From assembly GCA_963814585.1 (NCBI GenBank), contig CAWFDF010000008.1, positions 128,001 to 192,000 of the forward strand: a stretch of DNA of 64,000 bases, in the 5' to 3' direction. Position numbers and translations under genes: made by a program. The notes beneath the pieces were generated by a model that was not told the DNA's origin, searched no databases, and saw only the letters and a program-made list of their open reading frames with translations. This document shows, one piece after another, positions 1 to 15,523 of this stretch (within the stretch, counting starts at the first letter, position 1; the number at the start of each line of letters is the position of its first letter). Source of the stretch: an uncultured delta proteobacterium. GTDB lineage: Bacteria; Myxococcota; Myxococcia; Myxococcales; Anaeromyxobacteraceae.

Positions 1-266
1 GCGACCACGTCGTCGTACGACATGACGAGCGCGGTGGGCCCCACGAACCTGTCGGCGACCACCTCCATCGGCGTGCCCTTGGCGGCGCGCGCGGCGAGGG
101 TGTTCTTCACGACGCGGTACTCCACCTTGGCGTCACGCAGCTTCTTGCGCAGCGCGGTGACCGTCTCCACGTCGAGTCCCCTGGGTTCCGCCACGATGGC
201 GGCCCGGGCCTTGGCCATCTTGGCGTGCAGCTCCGCGATGACCGTCTCTTTTTCCGTCCGGTTCAA
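1..266 (-). CDS. rplJ: 50S ribosomal protein L10 (5' part; runs off window start)
   Basis: TTG start at 266 gives MNRTEKETVIAELHAKMAKA...LRKKLRDAKVEYRVVKNTLA (L10 motif). Lies downstream of rplA. Not in the ORF track. Confidence 0.95.
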   Translation of the reverse strand, partial: MNRTEKETVIAELHAKMAKARAAIVAEPRGLDVETVTALRKKLRDAKVEYRVVKNTLAARAAKGTPMEVVADRFVGPTALVMSYDDVV

Positions 267-392
267 ATGTACTCACCACCTTCCTGGCCGGCGACCTCGT
301 GGTCGACGGCTTCGTTCGTGGGCTTCGGACGGCCTTCCGGCCGGCACCAAAACCCCCTGGCCAAGCAGGGGACGCTGCGTACGACACCGCAG

Positions 393-490
393 GTTCCGTC
401 TCGGCGGGTCGGGGCCTCTCGGCTCCGCTTGGCCTCCCTTCCCCTTGGACCACTCGCACTCGGGGTCGGGCGGGCCCGCTGTCTTGGACC
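393..490 (-). promoter_or_regulatory. Ribosomal protein L10 leader (cis-regulatory RNA)
   Basis: Minus strand of the rplA-rplJ spacer reads CCAAGACAGCGGG ... CCCGCCGAGACGG, matching the AAGACAG-stem / stem-CCGAG arms of L10 leaders. Boundaries approximate. Confidence 0.7.
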
Positions 491-564
491 AGAATCCCCG
501 GCGGCGTCATGCCGCCGGGCACATCGTCCCCGCGGGCGAGATGCCCGCGGGTGGAACTCGTGCG

Positions 565-1269
<705 letters not shown>

Positions 1270-1296
1270 GTGGTCGTTCCTCGCTGAAGGCGGCGG

Positions 1297-1743
1297 TCAG
1301 CCGACGATGTCGATGCCCATGGAGCGCGCCGTCCCCTCGATGGTCCGCATCGCGGCCTCGAGGCTGCCCGCCGTCATGTCCTGCATCTTCAGCTTGGCGA
1401 TCTCCTCGACCTTCTTCCTGGTCACCTGCCCGACCTTCTCCTTGCCGGGCTTGTGCGCGCCCGACCCCTTCTTCTTCTCGGTGTGCAGCCCGGCCGCCTT
1501 CTTGAGGAGGACGGCCGCCGGCGGGGTCTTGAGCTGGAACGTGAAGGAGCGGTCCTGGTACACGGTGATGATCACCGGGATGATCAGCGCTTCCTTCGCC
1601 TGCGGCTGGGTGGCGGCGTTGAACTGCTTGCAGAACTCCATGATGTTGACGCCGTGCTGGCCGAGCGCCGGGCCCACCGGGGGTGCCGGGTTGGCCTTTC
1701 CGGCCGGCAGCTGCAGCTTGATCTGTCCTGTGATCTTCTTCAC
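1297..1743 (-). CDS. rplK: 50S ribosomal protein L11
   Basis: [35 protein letters not shown] start. Confidence 0.99.
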   Translation of the reverse strand: MKKITGQIKLQLPAGKANPAPPVGPALGQHGVNIMEFCKQFNAATQPQAKEALIIPVIITVYQDRSFTFQLKTPPAAVLLKKAAGLHTEKKKGSGAHKPGKEKVGQVTRKKVEEIAKLKMQDMTAGSLEAAMRTIEGTARSMGIDIVG

Positions 1744-1864
1744 GTCTTCTCCTCGCGTGGTTCAGTCGAGCCGTCGCTCTCCCACGCTGCTGTGAACTGC
1801 GACCGCAACTGCGTCTTCCTGCTCCTGCTTCTCGAAGCATTCCGCCGGCTGAAGCCGGCGGCGG

Positions 1865-2404
1865 TTAAGTCTTCTCCACCTGCATGAAGTCGAGCTCGAC
1901 CGGGGTGGCGCGGCCGAAGATGGACACCAGCACCCGGACCTTGCCCTTCTCGGGCTTCACTTCCTCGACCGAGCCGTTGAAGTTGGAGAACGGGCCGTCG
2001 ATGACGCGGACCTGGTCGCCCTCCTCGAACTGCACCTTGGGCTTCGGCTTGAGCGATCCCTCGGAGATCTGGGCCGTGAGCCGGGAGACCTCGGCGTCGG
2101 TGATCGACGGGACGTCCTTGGGGTTCTTGGCGGAGCCGACGAAGCCGGTCACCTTGGCGGTCCCCTTGACGAGGTGCCAGGTGGAGTCGGTCATCTCCAT
2201 GTTGACCAGGATGTAGCCGGGGAAGAACTTCCGCTTGGAGGTCTTCTTCTCCCCCTTGACCATCTCCTGGACCACCTCCATCGGGATGAGCACCTCGCCG
2301 AAGTAGTCCTGGAGCGCCTCCTGCTTGACGCGCTCCTCCAGGGACTTCTTCACCTTGTTCTCGAAGCCCGAGTAGGTGTGGACCACGTACCACTTCTTCG
2401 CCAT
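1865..2404 (-). CDS. nusG: Transcription termination/antitermination factor NusG
   Basis: [24 protein letters not shown] motif, [11 protein letters not shown]. Confidence 0.99.
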   Translation of the reverse strand: MAKKWYVVHTYSGFENKVKKSLEERVKQEALQDYFGEVLIPMEVVQEMVKGEKKTSKRKFFPGYILVNMEMTDSTWHLVKGTAKVTGFVGSAKNPKDVPSITDAEVSRLTAQISEGSLKPKPKVQFEEGDQVRVIDGPFSNFNGSVEEVKPEKGKVRVLVSIFGRATPVELDFMQVEKT

Positions 2405-2455
2405 GCCGCTCTCCGTTCCGTCGCCGCCCTGCGCCCTGCGTCCCGCTCCAGCGCC

Positions 2456-2851
2456 CTAGTACACCAGCGCGCTGAGCTGGCCCCAGATGAAGTCGAAGGT
2501 CCCCAGCACGATGGCCGCGATGAAGCTGGCCACCACCACCGCCACCGTCGACGCCCGCGTCTCGCGCAGGCTCGGCCAGGTGACCCGCTTCAGCTCCAGC
2601 GCGATCTCGAGCGAGACCGCCTGCGTCCTGGGAATCCGCCACACCACCACCGCCAGCACCGCGGCGACCACGAAGCCGATGACCGTCGAGAGCGTCCAGC
2701 CCTCGACCAGCACGGTGGCGTCGTTGAAACGGACGTACGAGAAGACCAGCGAGCTGATCTTCTCGAGGAACTTGGCCAGGGCGATCGCCGCGAGGACGTA
2801 GAAGATCGCGACGTACCGCTTGGGCTGTTCGACGCCGCCTGCGTTTTCCAT
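2456..2851 (-). CDS. secE: Preprotein translocase subunit SecE
   Basis: ELKRVTWPS motif plus TM helices; lies between tRNA-Trp and nusG. Start reassigned to ATG 2851 because the longer ORF overlaps the tRNA. Confidence 0.95.
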   Translation of the reverse strand: MENAGGVEQPKRYVAIFYVLAAIALAKFLEKISSLVFSYVRFNDATVLVEGWTLSTVIGFVVAAVLAVVVWRIPRTQAVSLEIALELKRVTWPSLRETRASTVAVVVASFIAAIVLGTFDFIWGQLSALVY

Positions 2852-2913
2852 GGCGCTTCGGGCCTTCTCGAAGTGAGGCCCGCCGGCTCGGCGGACCGTC
2901 TTCCGGTGTGTGG

Positions 2914-2989
2914 TGGCAGGCGAGGAGGGATTCGAACCCACAACCCGCGGTTTTGGAGACCGCTGCTCTACCGTTGGAGCTACTCGCCT
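2914..2989 (-). tRNA. tRNA-Trp (CCA)
   Basis: 76-nt cloverleaf AGGCGAGTAGCTCCAACGGTAGAGC...CTCCAAA...GTTCGAATCC...CCA. Confidence 0.97.
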
Positions 2990-3004
2990 AGCTTCTGCGC
3001 GGGA

Positions 3005-3160
3005 CTACTTGGTCTCCTTGTGCGGCACGTGCTTGCGGCAGCGCGGGCAGAACTTCGAGAGGTTGAGCTTGTCCTGCGTCTTCTTCTTGTTCTTGGTGGT
3101 GGAGTAGTTCCGCTCCTTGCAGGCGGAGCACTCCATCGTGATGATGCTTCGATTCCCCAT
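3005..3160 (-). CDS. rpmG: 50S ribosomal protein L33, zinc-binding (C+) type
   Basis: [51 protein letters not shown] (51 aa, two CxxC). Too short for the ORF track. Confidence 0.97.
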   Translation of the reverse strand: MGNRSIITMECSACKERNYSTTKNKKKTQDKLNLSKFCPRCRKHVPHKETK

Positions 3161-3190
3161 GATCGCTCCCGCCGCCGTGTGGCGGACTGG

Positions 3191-4381
<1,191 letters not shown>

Positions 4382-4438
4382 GGTGCGCTCCCGGTGACGG
4401 CCCTGCGGTGCGGTGTGCGGCCCTGCGACTTCACGAAT

Positions 4439-4514
<76 letters not shown>

Positions 4515-4541
4515 TTTCCCTGTTGTCTGGCTCGACCTCAC

Positions 4542-4617
<76 letters not shown>

Positions 4618-4682
4618 ACAAGTCGCTGCTCCTCTGGCCCAGCGCGGCTCGTTCTCCGTCGATTCGATGTGGACTGAAAGTG

Positions 4683-4768
4683 TGGTGGAGGGGGGTGGAT
4701 TCGAACCACCGAAGGCGTGAACCGGCAGATTTACAGTCTGCTCCCTTTGGCCGCTCGGGAACCCCTCC
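4683..4768 (-). tRNA. tRNA-Tyr (GTA)
   Basis: 86 nt with long variable arm, anticodon loop CTGTAAA, CCA end. Confidence 0.96.
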
Positions 4769-4804
4769 GGATGAACTTCGTTCGACGTCTCTCGTCCCAC
4801 GACC

Positions 4805-4880
4805 TGGAGCTGGCGGTGGGAGTCGAACCCGCGACCTGCTGCTTACAAGGCAGCTGCTCTGCCAACTGAGCTACGCCAGC
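4805..4880 (-). tRNA. tRNA-Thr (TGT)
   Basis: 76-nt cloverleaf, anticodon loop TTGTAAG; canonical Thr-Tyr-Gly-Thr-tuf order. Confidence 0.96.
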
Positions 4881-4959
4881 CCAAACCTTCGGAAGTCTTC
4901 GACAACGAGCCCACCGTGCTCCGCGCGACAAGCTCCACCCGTCCCGAGTGGAGCCGCGT

Positions 4960-4988
4960 CTTTTAGACGAAGGGGGATCTGCTGTCAA
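4960..4988 (-). promoter_or_regulatory. Sigma70-type promoter of the tRNA-tuf operon
   Basis: TTGACA-17 nt-TAAAAG on the minus strand, about 80 nt upstream of tRNA-Thr(TGT). Confidence 0.75.
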
Positions 4989-5017
4989 GCCGCGGGCGTG
5001 ACCTTGGAATCACCCCA

Positions 5018-5776
5018 CTATCCCCGGCGTTGGCGCGCCACCTCGTAGAGCGCCACCGAGGCCGCCGCGGAGACGCTCAGGCTCTCGACCTGCCCCTTCA
5101 TGCTGATGCGAGCACCGTGATCGCAGCTCCTCCGAACGAGGGACCGGATGCCCTCGCCTTCACTCCCCATGACGAGGGCGGTAGGCCCCTTCAGGTCGAG
5201 CTCGTGGAGCTCGCGATCGCCGTCGGCGGCCAGCGCCACCGACCATATCCCGGAGTCCTTCAAATCCTCAATTGTTCTCGATATGTTCGTCACCCGGGCC
5301 ACCCCGCAGCGAGCCACCAGCCCGGCCGAGGCCTTCACCACCACGGGCGTCACGCCGACGGCTCGGTCGCGCGGGATGACCACGCCGTGGGCGCCGAAGG
5401 CCACGGCTGAGCGGACGATGGCGCCGAGGTGCTGGGGGTCCTCCACCCCATCGAGGATGACCATAAGGGGGGGCTCCCCGGCGGTCCGGGCAAGCTCGAG
5501 GAGCTCAGCCACCTCGGCGTACCGGTACGACCCGGACAGGACCGCCACGACGCCCTGGTGACGGTCGGTCCCGGCCAGCCGATTGAGGGCCTGGCGGGGG
5601 GCGTGTCTGACCCGGGCCCCCGCGGCGCGGGCACCCTGCTCCAGCTCCGCCACCGCGGCGGAGCGGGCCCCCTCCGCCAGCCAGAGCTCCGCGAGCTCCC
5701 CGCCCCCCCCGCGCAGCAGCTCCTTCACCGGGTTGACGCCGTAGACGAGCCGCGTCGGGCCTTCCGGCCGCTTCAC
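5018..5776 (-). CDS. rlmB: 23S rRNA (Gm2251) 2'-O-methyltransferase, SpoU family
   Basis: HQGVVA, LDGVEDPQHLGAIVRSA, GSEGEG, VESLSVS motifs. Confidence 0.93.
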   Translation of the reverse strand: MKRPEGPTRLVYGVNPVKELLRGGGGELAELWLAEGARSAAVAELEQGARAAGARVRHAPRQALNRLAGTDRHQGVVAVLSGSYRYAEVAELLELARTAGEPPLMVILDGVEDPQHLGAIVRSAVAFGAHGVVIPRDRAVGVTPVVVKASAGLVARCGVARVTNISRTIEDLKDSGIWSVALAADGDRELHELDLKGPTALVMGSEGEGIRSLVRRSCDHGARISMKGQVESLSVSAAASVALYEVARQRRG

Positions 5777-6198
5777 TTGACGTCAACCGCCACGGTGACG
5801 TCGCGGACCTGCTTGACGCACCACTGGTCGGTGCAGACGAAGAAGTCGAGCTTGGCCTTGACCTCCTGCTTCCCCGCGGCGATGGCCGTGAAGGGCGCCT
5901 CGAACGACACGCCCTGGCCGGCCTGGACCGCGTCCGGCCGGCCCAGCAGCGCCTTCTTGAGCGTCAGCCCCGCCGTGGCGCTGAGGGTGATTTTGAGCGG
6001 AGCCTTGGGATCGACATGAACCGCTCCGGTCGGCTCGATGAAGAGGCGGACCAGGCCGGTCGCGCCCGCCCGCAGCGAGGCCGGCTCGGCGGTGGCGCGC
6101 AGGGCATAGCTGGTGGCCGCGTCGGCGGACGGGTCGGCCGCGGTGGCGGCGGCGGCCCAGGTGAGCCCGGCGAGGGTGGTGGCGAGGACGAAGCGCAT
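5773..6198 (-). CDS. Secreted beta-sandwich protein, DsbD N-terminal-like
   Basis: Signal peptide MRFVLATTLAGLTWAAAATA; C-terminal FFVCTDQWC Cys pair. Start reassigned. Confidence 0.55.
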   Translation of the reverse strand: MRFVLATTLAGLTWAAAATAADPSADAATSYALRATAEPASLRAGATGLVRLFIEPTGAVHVDPKAPLKITLSATAGLTLKKALLGRPDAVQAGQGVSFEAPFTAIAAGKQEVKAKLDFFVCTDQWCVKQVRDVTVAVDVK

Positions 6199-6256
6199 GT
6201 GGTGAACCTCCGTGGTTGTTGCCCCATAGCAGGGACGGCCGGGGCCGAACAGACCT

Positions 6257-7138
6257 TCACGAGGCGCGGGCCAGCCCCTCCGCACAGGCCACCACCCGTG
6301 CCGCCACGTCCACGTCGCAGGCAGCCTCGGCCTCCCGGATCGAGGGCGAGGCGTTGACCTCGAAGACCAGCGGACCGTCCCTCTCGTCGAGCATGTCGAC
6401 CGCGCAGACGCGCAGGTCGAGCACCCGCGCCGCCTCGACGGCGACGGCGGCGTGGCGCGGCGGCAAGGCGACGGCGTCGAAGCGCGCCCCCCGCCGCAAG
6501 GTGCGCGCGAAGCGCCCGGCGGCGGCCCGGCGGCGAAGCGCCGCCACCACCTCGCCGCCCACCACCAGGGCCCGCAGGTCGCGCCCGCGCCCGCCGCGGA
6601 GGTATTGCTGGACCATGAGGTCCTTGCCAAGCCCGTGCACCGCCTCCAGCGCCGCCTCCAGGGACTGGAGGCTCTCGCAGATCATCACCCCGCCCTTGCC
6701 GTGGGGCGAGAGCACCTTCAGCAGCACCGGCACCCCGCCCACCCGCTCCACCAGCCCGGCCAGGCCGCGAGGTCCGCTCGCCATCACGGTCCGCGGAACC
6801 GCCAGCCCGGCGGCGGCCAGCAGCTGCAGGCTGCGCATCTTGTGGCGGCTGGCCTCGATGGCGGCGGCGCCGTTGAGCACGGGGATCCCGACCAGCTCCA
6901 GCTGCTTCACCACCGAGAGCCCATACTGGTGGATCGAGACGCCGATGCGCGGGATCACCACGTCGGCGCCGGGGAAGCGCGCCCCCTTCCAGAGGAGCGA
7001 GGGCCCCGGCGCGGCCAGCCCCAGCTCGACGTCGAGCGGGTCGACGACCCGGGCCGAGTGCCCGGCGGCGCGCGCCGCCGCCACCAGCCGCGCGGTGCTG
7101 TGGATCCGGATCGACCGGGAGAGGACGACGAGGCGCAC
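6257..7138 (-). CDS. RimK-family ATP-grasp alpha-L-glutamate ligase
   Basis: VIPRIG, RDLRALVVGGEVVA, AVDML, FEVNASP; GTG start 7138 (C-terminal part of track ORF 6257..8161). Confidence 0.85.
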   Translation of the reverse strand: MRLVVLSRSIRIHSTARLVAAARAAGHSARVVDPLDVELGLAAPGPSLLWKGARFPGADVVIPRIGVSIHQYGLSVVKQLELVGIPVLNGAAAIEASRHKMRSLQLLAAAGLAVPRTVMASGPRGLAGLVERVGGVPVLLKVLSPHGKGGVMICESLQSLEAALEAVHGLGKDLMVQQYLRGGRGRDLRALVVGGEVVAALRRRAAAGRFARTLRRGARFDAVALPPRHAAVAVEAARVLDLRVCAVDMLDERDGPLVFEVNASPSIREAEAACDVDVAARVVACAEGLARAS

Positions 7139-7209
7139 GCTGGCGGGGATGGTACGGCCCGCGCCCGCCGAAAGCGAGCGCGGGCCGCGAGCCGCAGGGT
7201 GGACGCCGG

Positions 7210-9105
<1,896 letters not shown>

Positions 9106-9132
9106 GTGTCCGTGTTCCTCCTGGTCGACGGC

Positions 9133-9160
9133 AACCTAAGCACCTGTCTCGACGTGTCAA
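9133..9160 (-). promoter_or_regulatory. Candidate promoter upstream of dnaK
   Basis: TTGACA-16 nt-TAGGTT on the minus strand, just upstream of the GGAGGA ribosome-binding site. Confidence 0.45.
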
Positions 9161-9367
9161 ATGTGGCCCCTCCGCTTTTCGTGGTGCCCTCCCGGGTGTG
9201 TAGCCGGCTTCGCGGCCGTCACCCATTCTTCACGCCTCGTGGGGGACGCACTGGGGGCGGCATCGTCGTATCCCATTGACTTCACGGAGGCTCCAAGCTG
9301 ACGCAGCGTGGCATATCGCTTGCTCAAGTGACAGGACAACCGTGTCAGGTCTCACTTCGGGGATTGA

Positions 9368-10438
9368 ATGATCCAACTGGTCGCCAGCGCCCGCCAGCTC
9401 CACGCACCGGTCCAGCTCCAGGCCGCGCCACCCAGGGTGGCCGTCCTGCTCAACGCCCGGGCCAAGGCGGTCACCGATGGCGTCCGGCGGGCGCTCTCCG
9501 AGGTCGTGCCGCACGAGGATCTCTACCTCTCTCACGGCCCGGACGAGGCCACCGAGATCGCCGACTGGGTGGTGGCGCGCCGCTACGGGACCGTCTTCAC
9601 CGGCGGCGGGGATGGGACCTTCGTCTCCTGGGTCAACCGGATCACCGACGCCGCCGAGAGGCGTCACCAGCGGACCCCCCGCTTCGGCGTGCTGGCGCTC
9701 GGCACCGGGAACGCCGTGGCCGAGATGGTCGGCGCCGCCCCGCGCCACCACCTCCGCGACCTCACCCGCTTCCTCGACGGTGAGGTCTCCGCCACGCGTC
9801 AGGTCGATCTCGTGACCTGGGAGGGGCGCCGCACCCCCTTCGCCGGGGTGGGCGTCGACGCCGCCATCCTCAACGACTACAACTGGCTGAAGGACCGCCT
9901 GGCTGGAACGCCGCTGCGGGGCCTCGGCGTCGGCGTCGCCGGATACGGCCTCGCCGTGGCGCTCCGATCGGCGCCACGCAAGCTGCTGGAGCGGCGCCCC
10001 ACCTACTGCGAGATCGTCAACAGCGGCCGCCACGCCTGGCGTCTCGACGCCCAGGGCCGCCGCCTCGGCCCGTCCATCGGCCCGGGCGAGCTGCTCTACG
10101 CAGGCCCCTGCATGATGGCCGGCGCCAGCACCGTCCCCTTCTACGGCATGGGGCTCCGCATCTTCCCCCACGCCGACAAGGCGCGCGGGATGATGCACCT
10201 GCGCGTGGTCTCGGACCCGGCCATCTCCACGCTGGTGATGAACCTGCACCGGATCTGGGCCGGCGACTTCGCCCACGAGAAGATCCTCGACTTCCACGCC
10301 GACCAGGTGACGCTCCGCTTCGAGCGCCCCATCCCGCTGCAGGTCGGGGGCGACGCCGAGGGCTGGAGGGAGTCCGTCACCTTCGGCATGGCGAAGTCGC
10401 CGGTCGAGCTGGTCGACTTCCGCGGCGTCGCCGCCTAG
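9368..10438 (+). CDS. Diacylglycerol/lipid kinase family protein
   Basis: LLNARA, GGGDGT, LALGTGNAVA, GVGVDA, QVGGD motifs. Confidence 0.85.
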   Translation: MIQLVASARQLHAPVQLQAAPPRVAVLLNARAKAVTDGVRRALSEVVPHEDLYLSHGPDEATEIADWVVARRYGTVFTGGGDGTFVSWVNRITDAAERRHQRTPRFGVLALGTGNAVAEMVGAAPRHHLRDLTRFLDGEVSATRQVDLVTWEGRRTPFAGVGVDAAILNDYNWLKDRLAGTPLRGLGVGVAGYGLAVALRSAPRKLLERRPTYCEIVNSGRHAWRLDAQGRRLGPSIGPGELLYAGPCMMAGASTVPFYGMGLRIFPHADKARGMMHLRVVSDPAISTLVMNLHRIWAGDFAHEKILDFHADQVTLRFERPIPLQVGGDAEGWRESVTFGMAKSPVELVDFRGVAA

Positions 10439-10477
10439 GGGCCTGCCCCGGCACCTCCCAGTGCCGCGCCCCAGGCA

Positions 10478-11801
10478 CTAGAGCAGGTTGGCGGCCAGCT
10501 CGGCCAGCGGCGACCGCTCGCCCTTGGAGAGGGTGATGTGCCCGGCCAGGCGCTCGTCCTTGAACCGGTTCACCACGTGGACCAGGCCGTTGTTGGTCTG
10601 GTCCACGTAGGGGTTGTCGATCTGGTAGGGGTCGCCGGTGAGGACGATCTTGGTGCCGTCGCCGACGCGGGTGATGATGGTCTTCACCTCGTGCGGGGTC
10701 AGGTTCTGCGCCTCGTCGACGATGATGAACTGGTTGGGGATGGAGCGACCGCGGATGTAGGTGAGCGGCTCGATCTCGAGGATGCCCAGGTCCATCAGCT
10801 CGTGCCAGCCCGCGCCCCGCCTTCTTCTCCGAGCGTGACAGGTTCATCAGGTACTCGACGTTGTCGAAGATGGGCTGCATCCAGGGGTTGAGCTTCTCCT
10901 CGACCTCGCCCGGCAGGTAGCCGATGTCGCGCCCCAGCGGGAAGATGGGCCGGGACACCAGCAGCTTCTGGTAGACCGACTCCTCCATGGTCTTCTGCAG
11001 GCCGGCGGCGATGGCCAGCAGCGTCTTGCCGGTGCCGGCCTTGCCCACCATGGTGACCAGGCGGATCTCGTCGTTGAGCAGCACGTCGAGCGCGAAGGAC
11101 TGCTCCTTGTTGCGCGGCCGGATCCCCCAGACCCCTTCCTTGGGGGTCTTGATCAGCTGGACGAAGGAGCCCCGGGCGGCGCTGTACTTGCCCACCGCGC
11201 TGTGCTGTGGGGCCAGCTTGTCCCGCAGCACCACGAAGGCGTTGGGCGGCGGCGTCGCCACCCCGGCCGGGCAGGCCACCGAGCCGGAGGCGTAGAACTC
11301 GTTCACCACCTCCGGGTCGACGTCGAGCTCGGCGACGCCGCTCCAGAGCTCGTCGATCTCCACCCCTTCGACGTCGTAGTCCTCGGCGTGGAGCCCGAGG
11401 GCGTCGGCGCGGATGCGGAGGTTGGTGTCCTTGGAGACGAAGACGCAGGGCGTCGCCTTCTCCTTGGTGGCCAGGTCGAAGGCCACCGCCAGGATCTTGT
11501 CGTCCATGGCGTGGCCGTCGCCCACCTCGGGAGGCAGCTTGCGGTCGGCGAAGAGCACCCGCAGCCTGCCCTTGCCGGGCCCGATGGAGACCCCCTCTCG
11601 CAGCTTCCCGGCGCGGCGGAACTCGTCGAGCGAGCGGGAGACCTGGCGGGCGTTGCGCCCCAGCGAGGAGAGGTCGCGCTTGAAGTTGTCGATCTCCTCG
11701 ATGGCGTGGATGGGGATGACGACGTCGTTGTCGTCGAACCCGTACAGGCTCCTGGGGTCGTGCAGCAGGACGTTGGTGTCGAGGACGAAGTTCTTTTTCA
11801 C
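10478..11801 (-). CDS. PIN-PhoH (PhoH2-type) protein, split by a +1 frameshift near 10810
   Basis: N-terminal PIN domain [21 protein letters not shown]-terminal YIRGRSI/DEAQN/GDPYQID in another frame. Removing one G from the GGG restores [11 protein letters not shown]. Confidence 0.88.
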
Positions 11802-11898
11802 GCCGGCGCGGCTCCTCGCAACCGCCTTCCGTGGCGGTCCGGGGAGTCTAGCAGGGGGTGGTGGCGCGCGCCCATCCGAGACGCGCCTCCGTGCCGAT

Positions 11899-14213
<2,315 letters not shown>

Positions 14214-14217
<4 letters not shown>

Positions 14218-14516
14218 GGGGTGCCCCCGGGCCGGCCGTCGAGCCGGTAGATCACCTCGCCCGGCCGGATGAAGCGGAGCTCCTCGCGGGCGGCGCGCTC
14301 CCGGGCCTTGGGATCGACGAGCAGCGCCCGGGCCTCCCGGGCCAGCCGGTGGTTCTCCTGGCGGACCCGCTGGTTCTCGTCGGCCAGCCGGACGCACTCC
14401 TCCTCGAGACGGTAGCTCTTGGCCAGTCCGGATGGATCCAGGGCTCCGGCCACCGCCAGCAGGATGGCGGCGCCGAGCAGGACCAGCCAGGCTGTGCGCC
14501 CCCGATGCCAGGACAT
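14214..14516 (-). CDS. ftsB: FtsB/DivIC-family septum formation initiator
   Basis: One TM helix, coiled coil, ERAAREELRFIRPGEVIY. Confidence 0.8.
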
Positions 14517-14597
14517 TCGTCGACCCGTCGCCGAAGGTACCAGCGAGGCCCGCCGCGTCCAGAAATCTACCGATACCGCCCGGGATGGGCGCTCGCC

Positions 14598-15266
14598 TCA
14601 GCGCGACTCGACCGCCTTGACGAAGATCTCGCCGGCGATCTCGGGGTCGAGGGCGATGGTGGTCTCGCCGATCTCGATGACGTAGGAGGGCGAGCGCTGG
14701 TGGAGGCGCAGGTCGCTCCCCGGGATCACCCCCAGCGCGGCCAGCCGGTCCATGCAATCGTGGAACTTGGGGGCGATGAACACGATCCGGCCGGTCGCGC
14801 CCAGCTCGAAGTGGCGCAGCCCGGTCACCAGCGGCCGCACCGTCTTCTGGAACGCGGCGCAGCAGGCGCCCGGCGGGATGGGGCGGCCGTGCGGACAGGT
14901 GGGCGGGTGGCCAAGCAAGGTGCAGACCGACTCGGTCGCCTCGGGCGAGAGGATGTGCTCGAGCTCGCAGGCCTGCGCTTCCATGGTCGACTCGGAGACC
15001 GCCAGCAGGTCATGGAAGAGCCGCTCGGTGAGGCGGTGGCGCCTCACCACGTCGCGGGCCAGCGCCTCGCCGGCCGGCGTCAGGGCCACCGCGGCGCCGT
15101 CCAGCCGGAGGAGCCCGTCGGCGGCCAGCGCCTCGAGGTCGGCCCGGGCGGCGTCCGGGGCGTGGGCCACCGCGGCGTGCGAGAGGATCGACGGGGCCTG
15201 GTCGCGCCCCTCCTCCCGCTCGGTGAAGACGGTCTCGAGCAGCTCCTCGAGCCGGCGTGACGGCAT
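14598..15266 (-). CDS. DtxR/MntR-family metal-dependent regulator with C-terminal FeoA domain
   Basis: LTPAGEALA..VVRRHRLTERLF, ACELEH, TCPHGRPIP, then the FeoA-like RLAALGVIPGS...IALDPEIA. Confidence 0.88.
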   Translation of the reverse strand: MPSRRLEELLETVFTEREEGRDQAPSILSHAAVAHAPDAARADLEALAADGLLRLDGAAVALTPAGEALARDVVRRHRLTERLFHDLLAVSESTMEAQACELEHILSPEATESVCTLLGHPPTCPHGRPIPPGACCAAFQKTVRPLVTGLRHFELGATGRIVFIAPKFHDCMDRLAALGVIPGSDLRLHQRSPSYVIEIGETTIALDPEIAGEIFVKAVESR

Positions 15267-15271
15267 GGTGC

Positions 15272-15523
15272 TCAGGTGGTGCTCCCCTTCTCCGCCACGG
15301 GGCGGCGGCGCGCCTCCAGGAACCGCTTGAGCCGGCCGGCCAGACCGGTGTTCTCCTGCGGGAAACTGTAGCCGCAGCCCGGGCAGCAGACCACGTGGCA
15401 GCCGGTCGCCATGGGGCAGCTGGGGCGGCACCCCTGCCCGGAGGCGTCGAAGTCGACGCCGCAGAGCGGGCAGCGCTCGAGGCGGCCGGAGGGGCCGGAG
15501 GTGGCGGCGGGGAGCGCGGCCAT
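15272..15523 (-). CDS. Small Cys-rich protein downstream of feoB
   Basis: 83 aa with CPLC, CxxxC, C, CCPGC; ATG overlaps the feoB stop. Hidden at the end of track ORF 15272..17818. Confidence 0.75.
   Translation of the reverse strand: MAALPAATSGPSGRLERCPLCGVDFDASGQGCRPSCPMATGCHVVCCPGCGYSFPQENTGLAGRLKRFLEARRRPVAEKGSTT

Noticed and set aside
9133..9165. CIRCE element upstream of dnaK
   Set aside because: TTGACAC-N10-GTGCTTA resembles it only loosely; arms and spacing do not fit TTAGCACTC-N9-GAGTGCTAA.
10478..11801. PhoH frameshift (and those in ThiF and E2) as programmed frameshifting or true pseudogenes
   Set aside because: Single-base indels in otherwise intact conserved genes, with no slippery heptamer seen; sequencing error is the simpler explanation.
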